Notes: generated from the letters alone by a model not told the origin. A stretch of DNA of 64,000 bases from the human T2T-CHM13v2.0 reference genome, Homo sapiens (GCF_009914755.1 NC_060937.1); one strand, 5' to 3'; numbered from the stretch's first letter, positions 15,001 through 30,100 are shown. Made by a program: numbers and translations.

Positions 15001-18000
15001 TCCCTTGCATTCCATTTGATTCTATTGCATTACATTCCATTCTTTTCCATTATGTTCGAGTACATTCCATTCTATTCCATTCCATTATAGTCTATTCCAT
15101 TCCATTCCATTCCATTCCATTGCATTCCGTTCCACTCCAATCCACTCCATAACATCCCACTCCACTCCATTCCGTTCCACTCCTATCCACTCCATTTCAC
15201 TCCATTCCATTAAATTCCATTCCATTCCATTCCTTTCATTCCATTCCATTCCATTCGTTTCTATTTCGTTCCATTTCATTCCATTCCATTTCATTCCATT
15301 CCATTCCCTTCCATTCAATTCCGTTCCATTCCATTCGATTCCATTCCATTCCATTCCGTTCCATTCAATTCCATTCCATTACACTCGATTCCATTGCAAT
15401 ACATTCCATTTCTTTCCATTCATTTCGTGTCCATTCCATTGCTTCCCGTTCCATTTGATTCCTTTCCATTCGAATCCATTCCATTCAATTCCATTCCATT
15501 AGTTTGATTCTAATGTATTCCATTAGTTTGATTCTAATGTATTCCATTCCATTCCATTCCCTTTGATTGCATTCCATTCCATTCCATTTCATTCCAATCG
15601 AGTACACTCCAATTACTTCCATTCCACCCTATTCCTTTCCACTCCATTCCACTTTGGTCCATTCCACTTCACCGCATGCCATTTGATTCCATTCGATTCC
15701 ATTCCACTCCATTCCATTCGATTTTATTCCATTCGATTCCATTCCATTTGAGTCCATTCCATTCAAGTCCATTCCATTCCATTCCATTCTAGTCCATTCC
15801 ATTCCAGTGCATTCCACTCCACTCCACTCCGCTACAACCCGTTCAGTTCCATTCCTTCTCATTGCATTTCAATTCCACTCCATTCCACTCCACTCCAGTA
15901 ATTTCTATTTAATTCTATTTGACTCCATTCAATTCCACTCCATTCTGCTCCACACCACTCCACTTCACCACATTCCATTCCATTCTATTCGCTGCCATTT
16001 GATTTTATTCCATTCGAGTCCATTCTACTCCAGTCCATTCTATTCACCTGCATTCCATTCGAGTCCATTTAATTCCATTCCATTTAATTTGATTCCACTC
16101 CATTCGATTACATTCCATTCGTGTCTATGCCATTCTGGTTCATTCTAATCGAGTCCATTCCATTCGATCCCATTTCGTTTCATTTCATTTCATTTCATTC
16201 GATTATATTCAATTCCGTTCCATTCTAGTCTATTCCATTCCAGTCCATTCCATTCGAGTGCATTTATTCTATTCCTTTCCATTCGAGTCTGTGCCATTCC
16301 ATTCCATTCCATTCCATTGAATTCAATTCCTCTCCACATCACTGCACTCCTCTGCACTCCATTCCATTTCATTCCATTGTATTTCTATCCATTCCTCTCC
16401 AATCCAGTCTGATCAATTCCATTCCTTCTCACTCCATTCCATTCCACTCCATTCCCTTCCACTCCACTACACTCCATTCTATTCCATTCCTCCCCATTCC
16501 ATTCCAGTGTATTCCACTCCATTCCACTCCACCAAATTCCATTCAATTCCATTCGTTTCCATTCTACTCTATTCAATTCCATTCCATTCGAGGCCATTCC
16601 ATTCCATTCGGTGTCAATCCACTCCTGTCCATTCCACTCCACTCCCTTCCACTCCACTCTGTTCAGTGCCATTCCTTCCCTTTCCATTCCATTCCACTCC
16701 ATTCCACTCCACGCCACTTATCCGCATTCCATTTGATTATTTTCAATGCCATTGGATTCTATTCGATTCGATTCCATTCATTTGATTCCATTCCATTCGA
16801 ATCCATTCCTTTCGATTCCATACCATTCGATTCCATTCTATTCGATTCAATTCAATTCAATTCAATTCCATTAGATTTCATTCCATTCGATTCCATTTCA
16901 TTCGATTCCATTCCATTCAAGTCCATTCCATTACAGTCTATTCTATTCGACTCCATTCCATTCCAGTCCATTCTATTCGAGTCCATGACATTTAATTCCA
17001 TTGCATTTTTTTCCATTCCTCTCCTCTCCACTCCTTTCAACTCCAATCCTCTCCTTTAAATTCCATTCCATTTCATTAGATTAAATTCCACTCGACTCCA
17101 CTCCATCTCACCCCAATCCAGTCCATTCCATTCCAATCCTTTCCACTCCATTTTACACCATTGCATTCCAATCCATTCAGTTCCATTCCATTGAATTCCA
17201 TTCTTCTCCACTCCAATCCACTCCGTTCAATTCCATTCCTTCCCATTCCATTCCATTCCACTCCATTCTACTCCACTCCACTAAATTCCACTCAATTCCA
17301 TTCTACCCCATTCCATTCCACTCCATTCCACTCCACTCCACTCCTCTTTACCGTATTCATTTCGATTCCTTTCAATGCCATTTGAGTCCATTCAATTCGA
17401 GTCCATTCCATTCCAGTCCAATCCATTCGAGTCCATTGCCTTAGAGTGCATTTGTTTCCATTCCATTCCATTCGATTCCATTCCATTCCATTCCATTCCA
17501 TTCCATTCGAGTCCATTCCATTCCGATCAATTCTATTCAAGTCTATTCCCTTCTAGTCCATTTCATTCCATTCCATTCCACTATATTCGATTCCATTCCA
17601 TTCGTGTCCATTCAATTTCAGTCTGTTCCATTTGAGTCCATTGCATTCTAGTCTATTCCATTCAACTCCATTCCATTTCTTTGGATTCCATTCCATTCCA
17701 TTCCATTGCATTCAGTTCCACTCCTCATCACTGCACTCCTCTCCACTCCATTCCATTCCATTCCATTACATTTCAGCCCACTGCAGTCCAATCCACTCCA
17801 CTGTGTTCAATTCCATTCCTTCTCATTCCATTCCATTCCAATCTATTCTCCTCCACTCCACTCCATTCTATGCCATTCAACCCCATTCCATTCCACTCAA
17901 TTACACTCCACTCCACTTCACCGAATTCTATTAGTTTCTGTTCTATTCCATTCTACTCCATTCGATTCCATTCCAGGACATTCCATTCCAGTCCATTCCA

Positions 18001-21000
18001 CTCAGCTCCATTCCACTCCACTCCGTTCTGTTCCATTCCTTCCCATTCCTTTCCATTTCACTCCATTCCACTCCACTCCACTACACTCCATTCAATTCCA
18101 CTCCACTCCATTCCATTCCACTCCATTCCACTCCTCTCCCCTCCACTTCTCCGTAGTCCATTTCATTCTATTCAATGCCATTATATTCCATTTGATTAGA
18201 TTCCATTCCATTTCATTCCATTCCATTCCATTCCATGCCTTTTGAATCCATTCCATTCAAGTCCATTCCATTTGAATCAATTCTACACGATTCCATTCCA
18301 TTAGATTCCATTCCATTCGATTCCATTCCTTTTGAATCCATTCCATTCGAGTCCATTCCATTCCACTCCATTTCATAGAAGTCCATTCCATTCGAGTCCA
18401 TTCCATTCCATTCCAACCTATTCCATTCCATTCCATTCCATTCGAGTCCGTTCCATTTGAGTCAATCCCATTCGAGTCCATTTCATTTCAGTCCAGTCCA
18501 TTCAACTACATTCTATTCCATTCCATTGCATTCCATTCCTTTCCATTCAATTAGAGTCCGTTTAATTCTTGTCAATTCCATTGGAGTCCATTCCATTTCA
18601 GTACATTCCATTTGACTCCATTCCATTCCGTTCCATTCCACTCCATTCCTATCCATTCCATTCCGCTCCATTCCAATCCATTCCATTTGATTCCATTCCA
18701 TTCAATTCCAGTCCAATCCATTCCAGGACAATCCACTCCACTCTACTCCACTCAGTTCAATTTAATTCATTCCCATTCCATTCCTTTCCACTCCATTACA
18801 TTCCATTCCACTCCTCTCCACTCCATTCCTCTCCACTCCACTCCAATTCACTGCATTCCATTGGATTCCTTTCAATACCATTCGATTCCATTCCATTTGA
18901 TTCCATTCCATTCTATTCCCTTCCGTTTGATTCCATTCCATTCCAGTCCATTCCATTCGATTCCATTCCATTCAATTCCATTCCATTTCATTCCATTCGA
19001 TTCCTTTCATTTCCATTACATCCCATTCCATTCCATTCCTGTCCATTCCATTCCTTTCCATTCCATTGCATTCCATTGCATTGCATTCCATTCCATTCCA
19101 TTCCATTCCTTTTGATTCAATTGCACTCCATTCCTTTCCATTCCGTTCCATTTGATTCCATTCCATTCCATTCCTTTCGACTCCATTCCATTCGAGTGCA
19201 TTCCATTCAATTCCATTCCATTCATTTCCATTCCATTCCATTAGATTCTATTGCATTCCATTCCTTTCCATTCCATTCCGTTCTAGTACATTCCATTCTG
19301 TTGCATTCCATTCCTTTCCAATAGAATCCTTTCCATTGGTATCAATTCCATTCGAGTCCATTCCATTTCAGTCCATTCCTTTTGACTGCATTCCATTCCA
19401 TTCCATTCCATTCTTATCCATTCCATTTGATTACATTCCACTCCAATCCATTCCAGTACATTCCACTCCAATCCACTCCACTCCTCTCAGATCAATTCCA
19501 TTCCTTCTCATTTCATTACTTTCTACTCAATTCCACTCCATTCTACTTCACTCCATTCCATTTCACTGCATTCTACTGCACTCCACTTCATCGCATTCCA
19601 TTGGATTCCATTCAATGCCATTCGATTCCATTCCATTCGATTCCATTCCATTCAACTCCCTTACATTTTATTCCGTTTCATTCCTGTCCATTCCATTCGA
19701 TTCCATTCCATTTGATTCCATTCCGTTAGATCCCATTCCATTCGATTCCATTCCATTCGATCCCATTCCATTCCATTCCTTTTGATTGCATTCTATTCCA
19801 TTCCATTCCATTCCATTCCATTCCTGTCCATTCCATACAATTCATGTCCGTTCCATTCCATTTGATTCCATTTGATTGCATCACATTCAATTCCATTCCA
19901 TTCCACTCGATTCCTTTCCATTCGATTCAATTCCATTCCATTCCATTCCATTGAACTCCATTCCATTGCAATCCATTCCATTCCATTCCATTGTTTTCCA
20001 TTCCTTTCCTTTCCATTCCATTCGATTCTATTCCATTCGAGTCCATTCCATTCAATTCCATTCCATTTGTTTCCTTTCCATTCCATTCTGTCTTGTTGTA
20101 TTCATTTCGATTCCATAACTTTCCATTCCAGTGCATTCCATTCCACTCCACTCCCCTCCACTGAATTCAATTCTATTCCTTCCCATTCCATTAAATTCCA
20201 CTCCATTCCACTCCACTCTACTCCATTCAATTCCATTCCACCCCATTCCATTCCACTCCATTCCACTCCACTCCTCTCCACTTCACCGTATTCCATTTGT
20301 TTCCAATTGATGACATTCAATTCCGTTCAATTCAATTCCATTCCATTCGTTTCTATTCCTTTCGATCACATTCAATTCGATTCCATTCCATTCGATTCCA
20401 TTCCTTGTGATTCCATTCCATTCCATCATATTCCATTTGATTCCATTTCATTTGATTCCATTCCATCTGATTCGATTACATTCTATTCCATTCCATTCCA
20501 TTCCATTCCATTCCATTCCATTCCATTTCATTCCATTTCATTATGTTCGATTCCATTTCATTCGAGTCCATTCCATTCGAGTCCATTTCATTCAGGTCCA
20601 TTGCTTTCCTGTCCATTCCATTTGACTCCATTCCGTTCCAGTCCATTCTATTCGAGTCCATTACATTCCATTCCTTTGCATTCTATTCCATTCCACTCCA
20701 CTCCACTCCTTTCCCCTCCACTCTGCTCCGTTCCATTCCTTTCCATTTTATTTGGGTCCATTGCATTCCTGTCCATTCCATTCCATTCCATTCCACTCCA
20801 CTCCACTCCATCCTACCCCAAACCAGTCCATTCCATTCCACTCCTTTCCACTCCATTTTACTCCATTCCATTTGATTCCATTCCATTCCATTGCATTCCA
20901 TTCCACTCAAATTTAATCCACTCTTTTCAATACCATTCCTTCTCATTCCCTTCCATTCTACTCCATTCCATTCAACTCCACTCCAGTATATTCAATTCCA

Positions 21001-21274
21001 TTCCACACCATTCTATTCCACTCCATTCCACTGCACTCATCTCCAGTTCATTGCATTCTTTTGGATTCCATTTGATGACATTTGATTGAATTCATTTCAA
21101 TTCCATTCCCCTCAATACCATTACATTCAATCCCATCCCCTTCAATTCCATTGCATTCGATTCCAATCCAATCCATTCCATTAAACTCCATTCCACTCCA
21201 CTCCACTCCACTCGACTCCACTCCACTCCTCTCCACTCCACTCCATTCGATTCTAATCCATTCCATTCCTTTCC

Positions 21275-21338
21275 TTTATTTCGAGTGGATCTCACTCTGT
21301 CACCCAGACTGGAGTGCAGTGGCACAATCTTAGCTCAC
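21275..21338 (-). mobile_element. Short, diverged Alu 3'-end remnant embedded in the satellite
   Basis: TTTATTTCGAGTGGATCTCACTCTGTCACCCAGACTGGAGTGCAGTGGCACAATCTTAGCTCAC matches the reverse complement of the Alu right-arm 3' end (GAGACRGRGTCTCRCTCTGTCRCCCAGGCTGGAGTGCAGTGGCGCGATCTCGGCTCAC). CpGs are decayed, the tail is vestigial, and no TSD is recognisable. Confidence 0.9.
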
Positions 21339-24179
21339 ATTTCACTTCACCATTCCATTCCATTTCATTTCATTCCATTCCATTCCATTCCCTTTCATTT
21401 CATTCCATTCCATTCCATTCCCTTCCATTCCATTCCCTTTCATTTCATTCCATTCCATTCCATTCCCTTCCATTCCATTCCATTCCCTTTCATTCCCTTC
21501 CATTCCATTCCATTCCATTCCATTTTCTTACATTCCATTACATTCTATTCCATTCCTCTCCACTCCACTCCAGTAAACTAAACTTCATTCCATTCCATTC
21601 CACTAAACTCCATTACATTCCAATCCATTCGACTTGATTCTACTAAATTCCATTCCATGCCATTCCATTCCACTCCATTCCATTCCATTCCATTCCATTA
21701 CATTACATTACATCCTGTCCAGTCCATTCTAGTCCTTTGCATTCCATTGCATTCTATTCTGCTTCACTCCACTACACTCCACACCTTTCCATTCCAATCC
21801 ACTACAATCCTTTCCATTCTACTCCTCTCCACTACACTCCTTTTATCTCCATTCCTTTCTATTCCTTTCCATTCCTTTCCTTTCCATTCCATTCCATTCC
21901 ACTGCATTCTATTACACTCCATTCCATTCCACTGCAATCCATTCAATTACATTCCTTCGCATTCCATTCCATTCGAATCCATTCCACTCCACTCCATTCA
22001 ATTCCATTCCAACCAATTCCATTCCACTCCATTCCACTCCACTGCACTCCACTTCACCACATTCCAATCGTTTCCATTCCATTCGATTACATTCAATTTA
22101 TTCCATTCCATTTGATTCGATTGCATTCCATTCCATTCCAATGGATTCCATTCCTTTCCAAACTTTTCCATTCTATTCCAATCCATTTGATTCCATTCCA
22201 TCTGATTCCAGTCCTTTCAAGTCCATTCCATTCGAGTCCATTCCATTCGAGTCCTTTCCATTCGACTCCATTCTATTCAAATCCACTCCATTCCACTCCA
22301 CTAAACTCCATTCCACTACAGTCCACCCCAATTCACTACACTCCGCTCCAATCCACTCCACTCCATTCCATTCCTTTACACTGCACTCCATTCCATTCCA
22401 ATTCTTTCCACTCGATTCCACTAAATTCCATTCAATTCCATTCAGTTCCATTCCATTCCATTCCATTCCATTCCATTCCATTCCATTCCTGTCCATTCCA
22501 TTCCATTCCACTGCATACCATTCCACTCCAGTCCACTCCACTCCACGCCATTCAATTACATTCCTTCCCATTCCATTCCATTCCATTCCACTGCATACCA
22601 TTCCACTCCTGTCCACTCCACTCCACGCCATTCAATTACATTCCTTCCCATTCCATTCCATTCCACTCCATTCCTCTCCATTCCACTCCATTCAATTCCA
22701 TTCCACCCAATCCCATTCCACTCCATTCCACCCCCCTCATCTTCATTTCACCACATTCCAATCAATTCCATTCCATTCGATTCCATTCAATTCGATTCCC
22801 TTTGATTCCATTCCATTCCATTCCATTCCATTCCATTCCATTCCATTCCATTCCAATTGCTTCTATTCCTTTCAAAACCATTCCATTCTATTCGAATCCA
22901 TTCTACTGCATTCCATCTGATTCCAGTCCTGTCAATATTATTCCATTCGAGTCCATTCCATTCGAGCCCTTTCCGTTCAAGTCCATTTCATTCCACTCCA
23001 TTCCACTCTACTCCAATCCATTCCACTCCACTCCCCTCCTTTCCACTCCAATCCATTCCATTCCATTCCACTTCATTCCATTCCATTCCACTCCATTCCA
23101 TTCCATTCCAATTCACTCCATTCCATTTCATTCCCCTCCATTCCACTCCATTCCATTCCATTCCAACCCACTCCATTCCATTCCACTGCACTCCACCCCA
23201 CTCAACTCCATTCCAGCCCATTCCACTCCACACCATTCCACTTCACCACCTTCCATTCTATTCCATTTGAGGCCATTGTTTTCCATTCCATTCGTTTCCA
23301 TTCCATTCAAGTCCATTCCATCCAACTCCATTCCATTCGAGTCAATTCCATTCGAATCCATTACATCCGTGTCCATTCTCTTTGATACCATTCAATTACA
23401 GTTCATTCCATTCCAGTTCATTCCATGCCAGTCCATTCCACTACATTCCTTTCCACTCCATTCCATTCCATTCCAATCCACTCTACTTCACTCCACTCCA
23501 CTCCACACAATTCCATTCCATTCCATTTTGCCACATTTCATTTCTTTCCATTCCATTGCATTCCATTCCAGTCCATGCCATTCCTCTCCTTTCAATTCCA
23601 TTACTTCCCATTCCATTCCATTCCACTCCATTCCACTCATCTCCACTCCATTTCACCGCATTCCATTTGAATCTATTCGATGCCATTCGATTCCATTCCA
23701 TTCAATTCCATTCCCTTTGATTCCATTTCGTTAGATTCCACTCCATTTGATTCCATTCCATTCCATTCTGTTCCATTCGACTCCATTCAATTCGATTCCA
23801 TTCCATTCGATTCAATTCTATTCTATTCAATTCCCTTCCACTCCTCTCCGCTCCACTCCTCTTCACTCCTTTCCATTCCATTCCATTGCATTCCATTAAA
23901 CTCCACTCCACTTTACCGAATTCCGCTAGATTCCATTCCATTCAATTCCATTCCATTCAAGTCCATTCCATTTGAGTTCATTCCATTCCATTCCATTCCA
24001 TTCCACTCCACACCACTCCACTGTACTCGACTCCACTCCATTCCATTCCACTCCATGCCATTCAAAATACCATTCCATTCCACAACAATCCACTCCATTC
24101 CACTACACTCCATTCCACTACACTCCACTCCACACCACTCCACTCCATTGCACTCCACTCAATTCCACTCCATTTAATT

Positions 24180-27100
24180 CCATTTCATTCTATTGCATTC
24201 CATTCCACTCCTCTCCACTCCATTCAATTCCATTCCTTCCCATTCCATTACATTCCACTCCATTCCTCTCCATTCCATTCCACTACTCTCCATTCCATTC
24301 ACTTCCATTCCACCCCATTAAATTCCACTCCATTCCACTAAACTCCCCTCCACTTCACAGATTCCATTCGATTCCATTTGATGCCTTTCGATTCCATTCA
24401 ATGTGATTCCATTCCATATGATTCTATTCCATTGGATTCCATTCGATTCCATTCCATTCCACTGCTCTGCACTCCACTCCACTCCACTCCACTCCATTAC
24501 TCTCCATTCCTTTCCATTCCATTCCATACCATACCATTCCATTCCATTCCAATCAACTCCACTCCACTCTGTTCAGTTACATTTTTTCGCATTTCATTCC
24601 ATTCCACCCCATTCCATTCCACTCCAATCCACTCCACACCACTCCATTTCACTGCATGCCATTTTATTGCATTCAATGCCATTCGATTCCATTTCATTCG
24701 TTTCCATTCCTTTCAATTCAATTCCCTGCAATTCCATTCCATTCAATTCCATTCCATTTGGTACCATTCCTTTCCACTCCACTCCAATCCATTCCTCTCC
24801 ACTCTATTCCATTCTATTCCATTCCAATCCATTCCATTCCAATCAACAACACTCTAGTCCACTCCATTCTATTCCACTGAATTGTATCCCACTCCACTCT
24901 ACTCCACTCCACTCTATTGAATTCCATTCCATGGCACTCCACTCTACTCCACAATACTCCACTCCGTTCAAATCCATTCCTCCACTTTCCATTCCGTTCC
25001 AATCCATTCCACTCCACTCCACTGCACTGCATTCAATTCCATTCCACCCCTTTCCTTTCCACTCCATTCCACTTCAGTGCACTGCAATCCACTTTACCGC
25101 ATTCCTTTCAATACCATTTCATTCTATTCCATTCCATTCGATTCCATTCCCTTTGATTCTATTATTTTCTATTCCATTTCATTTGATTCCATTCCATTCC
25201 ATTCCACTCCACTCCATTGCATTCCCCTCCACCCCTTTCCATTCTATTCCATTCCATTCCATTCCATTCCACTCCATTCCATTCCATTTCATTCCACTCC
25301 ATTTGATTCCATTCAATTCCACTCCATTCCATTCAAATTCATTCCACTCCATTCCACTCCATTCAATTGCATTCCATTTCATTCAATTCCATTCCATTCC
25401 ATTCCCTTTCACTACACTACACTCCGTTATATTCCTTTCTGTCTCATTCCATTCTTTCCCATTCCATTCCATTCCACTTCATTCACCTTCACTCTTCTAA
25501 AGTCCGTTCAGTTCCATTCCACCCTATTCCATTTCACTCCATTCCACTACTCTGCACTCCAGTGGACCGCATTCCATTCGATTCCATTCGATGCCATTCG
25601 AATCCATTCCATTTAATTCCACTCCGTTCTATTCCACTCCGTTCGTTTCCATTCCATTCGATTCCATTGCATTCAATTCCATTAAATTTGATTCTGTTCC
25701 ATTCTAGTCCATTCCATTCGAGTCAATTTCATTCCATTCCATTCGATTATACTGCACTCCACTCTACTCCTCTGGATTCCACTCCATTCAATACCGTCTC
25801 ATTCCATTCCATTCCATTCCATTCCATTCCATTCCATTCCATTTCCTTCCATACCACTCCATTCCATTCCACCCCACTCCACTCCACTCCACTGCACTCC
25901 AAAACACTGAGTTACATTCAACTCCACTGCATTCCAATCCATTCCATTCTATTCCACTCCACTCCACTCAAATCCACTCCATTCCACTCCATTCCATTCC
26001 ATTCCATTCCATGCCATTCCATTCCACTCCACTGAACTCCACTCCACACAGTTCAATTACATTTTTTCCCATTGCATTTCATTGAACCGCATTCCATTCC
26101 AATCTATTCCACTCCACTCCACTCCACTCCTCTCCACTTCACCACATGCCTTTCGATTCCTTTCAATACCATTCAATTCCATTCCATTCATTTCCATTCC
26201 TTTCGATTCCATTCCACTCAATTCCATTCTTTGGATTCCATTCAATTCCATTCCATTACATTCGATTCCATTCCTTTTGATTCCTTCCCTTTCCACTGTA
26301 CTGCACTCCATTCCACTCCACTCCATTTCCTTCCATTCCACTCCAATCCATTCCATTCCATTCCACTCCAGTCCACTCCACTGCATTCCATTGATTTGCA
26401 TTCCACTCCACTCTATTCCAACCCATTCCATTGCACTCCACTCCACTCCACAACACTCCACTCCATTCAATTCCATTCCTTCCCATTCCATTCCATACCA
26501 CTCCATTGCTCTCCACTCCACAGCATTCCATTAAATTTCATTCCACCTCATTCCTTTCCAATCCATTCCACTGCAGTGCCCTCCACTCCACTGCATTCCA
26601 TTCGATTCCATTTCATTCAATTCCATTCCCTTCGATTCTATTCCATTCCATTCCATTCCATTCATTTCCATTCCATTCCACTCCACTCAATTCCACTCCA
26701 TTCCATTCCATTCCACTCCACTCCATTCATTCCATTCCATTCCATACCATTCCATTCCATTTAAATTCATTTGATTCCATTGCATTCCACTCCATTCTAT
26801 TCAACTCCATCCCACTCCATTCCACTCCATTCAATTACATTACATTTCATTCGATTCCATTCCATTCCATTCCATTCCATTCCCTTTCACTCCACTGCAC
26901 TGTTAAATTCCTTCCCGTCCCCTTCCATTCTTTCCCATTCCATTCCATTCCACTTCATTCCACTCCACTGCACTCCAGTGAACCACATTCCGTTCGATTC
27001 CATTCAATGCCATTCCATTCCATTCCATTCGATTCCACTCCATTCTATTCCATTCCGTTCAATTCCATTCCATTCGATTCCATTGCATTCAATTCCATTA

Positions 27101-30100
27101 AATTTGATTCCGTTCCATTCAAGTCCATTCCATTCGATTCTATTTCATTCCATTCCATTCCATTCCATTCCATTCCATTCCATTCCATTCCATTATACTG
27201 CACTCCACCCCACTCCTCTGGACACCACTCCATTCAATAACATTCCGTTCCATTCCATTCCATTCCATTTCCTGCCATACCCCTCCATTCCATTCCAGTC
27301 CACTCCACTCCACTCCACTGCACTCCAATCCACTCCATTACATTCCACTCCACTCCGTTCCACTCCATTCCATTTTATTCCACTCAAATCCACTCCACTT
27401 CACTCCAATCCACTCCATTCCACTCCATTCCATTCCAATCCAATCCAATCCACTCTACAGTGTTCAATTACATTTTTCCCATTGCATTTCACTCCCCCCA
27501 TTCCATTCCACTCCACTTCGCCGCATGCCATTCGATTCCTTTCAATGTCATTTGATTCCATTCCATTCATTTCCATTTCTTTCAATTCCATTCCACTCGA
27601 TTCCATTCCTTTTGATTCCATTCCCTTCCTTTCCATTCCATTCGATTCCATTCCATTTGATTCCATTCCTTTCCACTGCACTCCACTTATTTCCACTCCA
27701 CTCCATTCCATTCCATTCCACTCCAATCCATTCCATTCCATACCACTCCACTCCACTCCATTCCATTGAATTGCATTCCACTACACTGTACTCCACTCCA
27801 CACGATTCCATCCCTTTCCATTGCACTCCACTCCACTCCATAACACTCCACTCCATTCAATTCCTTTCCTTCCCATTCCTTTCCATTCCAATCCATTCCA
27901 CTCCACTCCATTGTGCTCCATTCACTTCCATTCAAACCCATTTCTTTCCAATCCATTCCACTACAGTGCCCTCCACTCCACTTTATCACATTCCATTAGA
28001 TTCCATTTCATTCAATTGCATTCCAATAAATTCCGTTCCCTTTGATTCTATTCCGTTCAATTCCATTCCATTCGATTCCATTCAATTCCATTCCATTCCA
28101 CTCCACTCCACTCCACTCCATTCCGCTCCATTCCTTTCCATTTCATTCCACTCCACTCCATTCCATTCCATTCCATTCCACTCTATTCCATTCCACTCCA
28201 TTCCACTCCATTCGATTCCTTTCCATTCCACTCCATTCCATTGAACTCCATTCCACTCCTTTCAATTGCATTCCATTTCATTTGATTCCATTCCATTCCA
28301 TTGTCTTCTACTCCACTCCACTCCATTCAATTCCTTTCCGTCTGATTCCATTCCTTCCCATTCCATCCTGTTCCACTCCATTTCACTCCACTTCTTTCCA
28401 CTCCATTCAGTTCCATTCCACCCCATTCCATTCCACTCCATCCCCCTCCCCTGCAATCAAGTGGACCGCATTCCATTGGATACCATTCGATGCCATTCAA
28501 TTCAAATCCATTCGATTCCACTCCATTCTATTCCATTCCGTTAGATTCCGTTCCATTCAATTCCATTTCATTCAATTCCAATAAATTTGATTCCGTTCCT
28601 TTCGAGTCCATACCATTCGAGTCATCTGTTTCATTCCATTCCATTCCATTCCGTTCCATTCTACTGCACTCCACTCCATTCCTCTGGAATCCACTCCATT
28701 CAATACCATTCCATTCCATTCCACTTCATTCCATTCCATTTCATTCCATACCACTTCATTGCATTCCATTCCACTCCACTCCACTGCACTCCACTCCATT
28801 CTATTCTACTGCATGCCATTCCACTCCATTGCATTTTTTCCACTGCAACGCACTCCACTCCACTCCATTCCATTCCATTCCTCTCCATTCCACTCCACTC
28901 CATTCCACTCCACTCCATTCCACTCCATTTCATTCCATTCCATTCAATTCAATTTCATTCCATTGCATTCCATTCCACTCCACTCCACTCCATTCCATTC
29001 CACTCCACTCCACTCCATTCCATTCCACTCCACTCCACTCCATTCACTTCCATTCCATCCCATTAAATTCCACTCCATTCCACTACACTCTACTCCACTT
29101 CACAGATTCCATTTAATTCCATTTAATGCCATTCGATTCCATTCATTGTGGTTCCATTCCATACGATTCTATTCCATTCAAGTCCATTACATTCCATTCC
29201 TTTCCACTCCACTACACTCCACTCAACTCCAATCCACCCCATTACACTCCATTCCTTTCCATTCAATTCCATTCCATTGCATTCCAATCGTTTCCACTCG
29301 ACTCCACTCCACTCTGTTCAGTTACATTTTTTCACATTCCATTCCTTTCCACTCCAATCCACGTCACACCACTCCAGTTCACCGTCTGCCATTTAATTGC
29401 ATTCAATGCCATTCGATACCATTCCATTCGTTTCCATTCCTTTCGATTCAATTCCCAGTGAATCCATTCCATTCCATTCCATTCAATTCGATTCCATTCC
29501 ATTCGATTCCATTCCATTTGATTCCATTCCTTTCCACTCCTCTCCACTCCATTCCTCTCCATTCCATTCCAATCCATTCCATTCCATTCCACTACACTCC
29601 ACTTCACTCCATACCATTCCATTGAATTTCATCCCACTCCACTCTACTCCACTCTACTCTATTCTATTCCATTCCATTGCACTCAACTACACTCCACAAC
29701 ACTGCACTCCGTTCAATTCCATTCCTTCTCATTTCATTCCATTCCACTCCATTCCACTCCACTCCACCGCACTCCTTTCAATTCCATTCAACCCCATTCC
29801 TTTGCACTCCTTTCAACTCCTGTACACTCCAATCCACTTTACCACATTCCTTTCGATTCCATTTTGATTCCATTCCATTAGATTCCATTCCTTCAATTCC
29901 ATTCCATTCAATTCCATTTCATTCGATTCCATTCCATTCCATTCCATTCCTTTCCATTCCATTCCATTCCACTCCACTCCACTCCATTCCATTGCATTCC
30001 ATTCCATTCCACTCCACTCCATTCCATTCCATTCCACTATATTCGATTCCATTCTATTCCACTCCATTCCATTCAAAACCATTCCAATCCTTTCCACTCC

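Noticed and set aside
21285-21637. ORFs beginning [13 protein letters not shown] / MQWHNLSSH
   Set aside because: These are the standard antisense-Alu translation running into satellite.
3110-22150. Isolated ATGGA words (near 3118, 8786, 22141) as possible strand inversions of the array
   Set aside because: They are single variant pentamers. Flanks on both sides stay C-rich and in phase, so there is no inversion.
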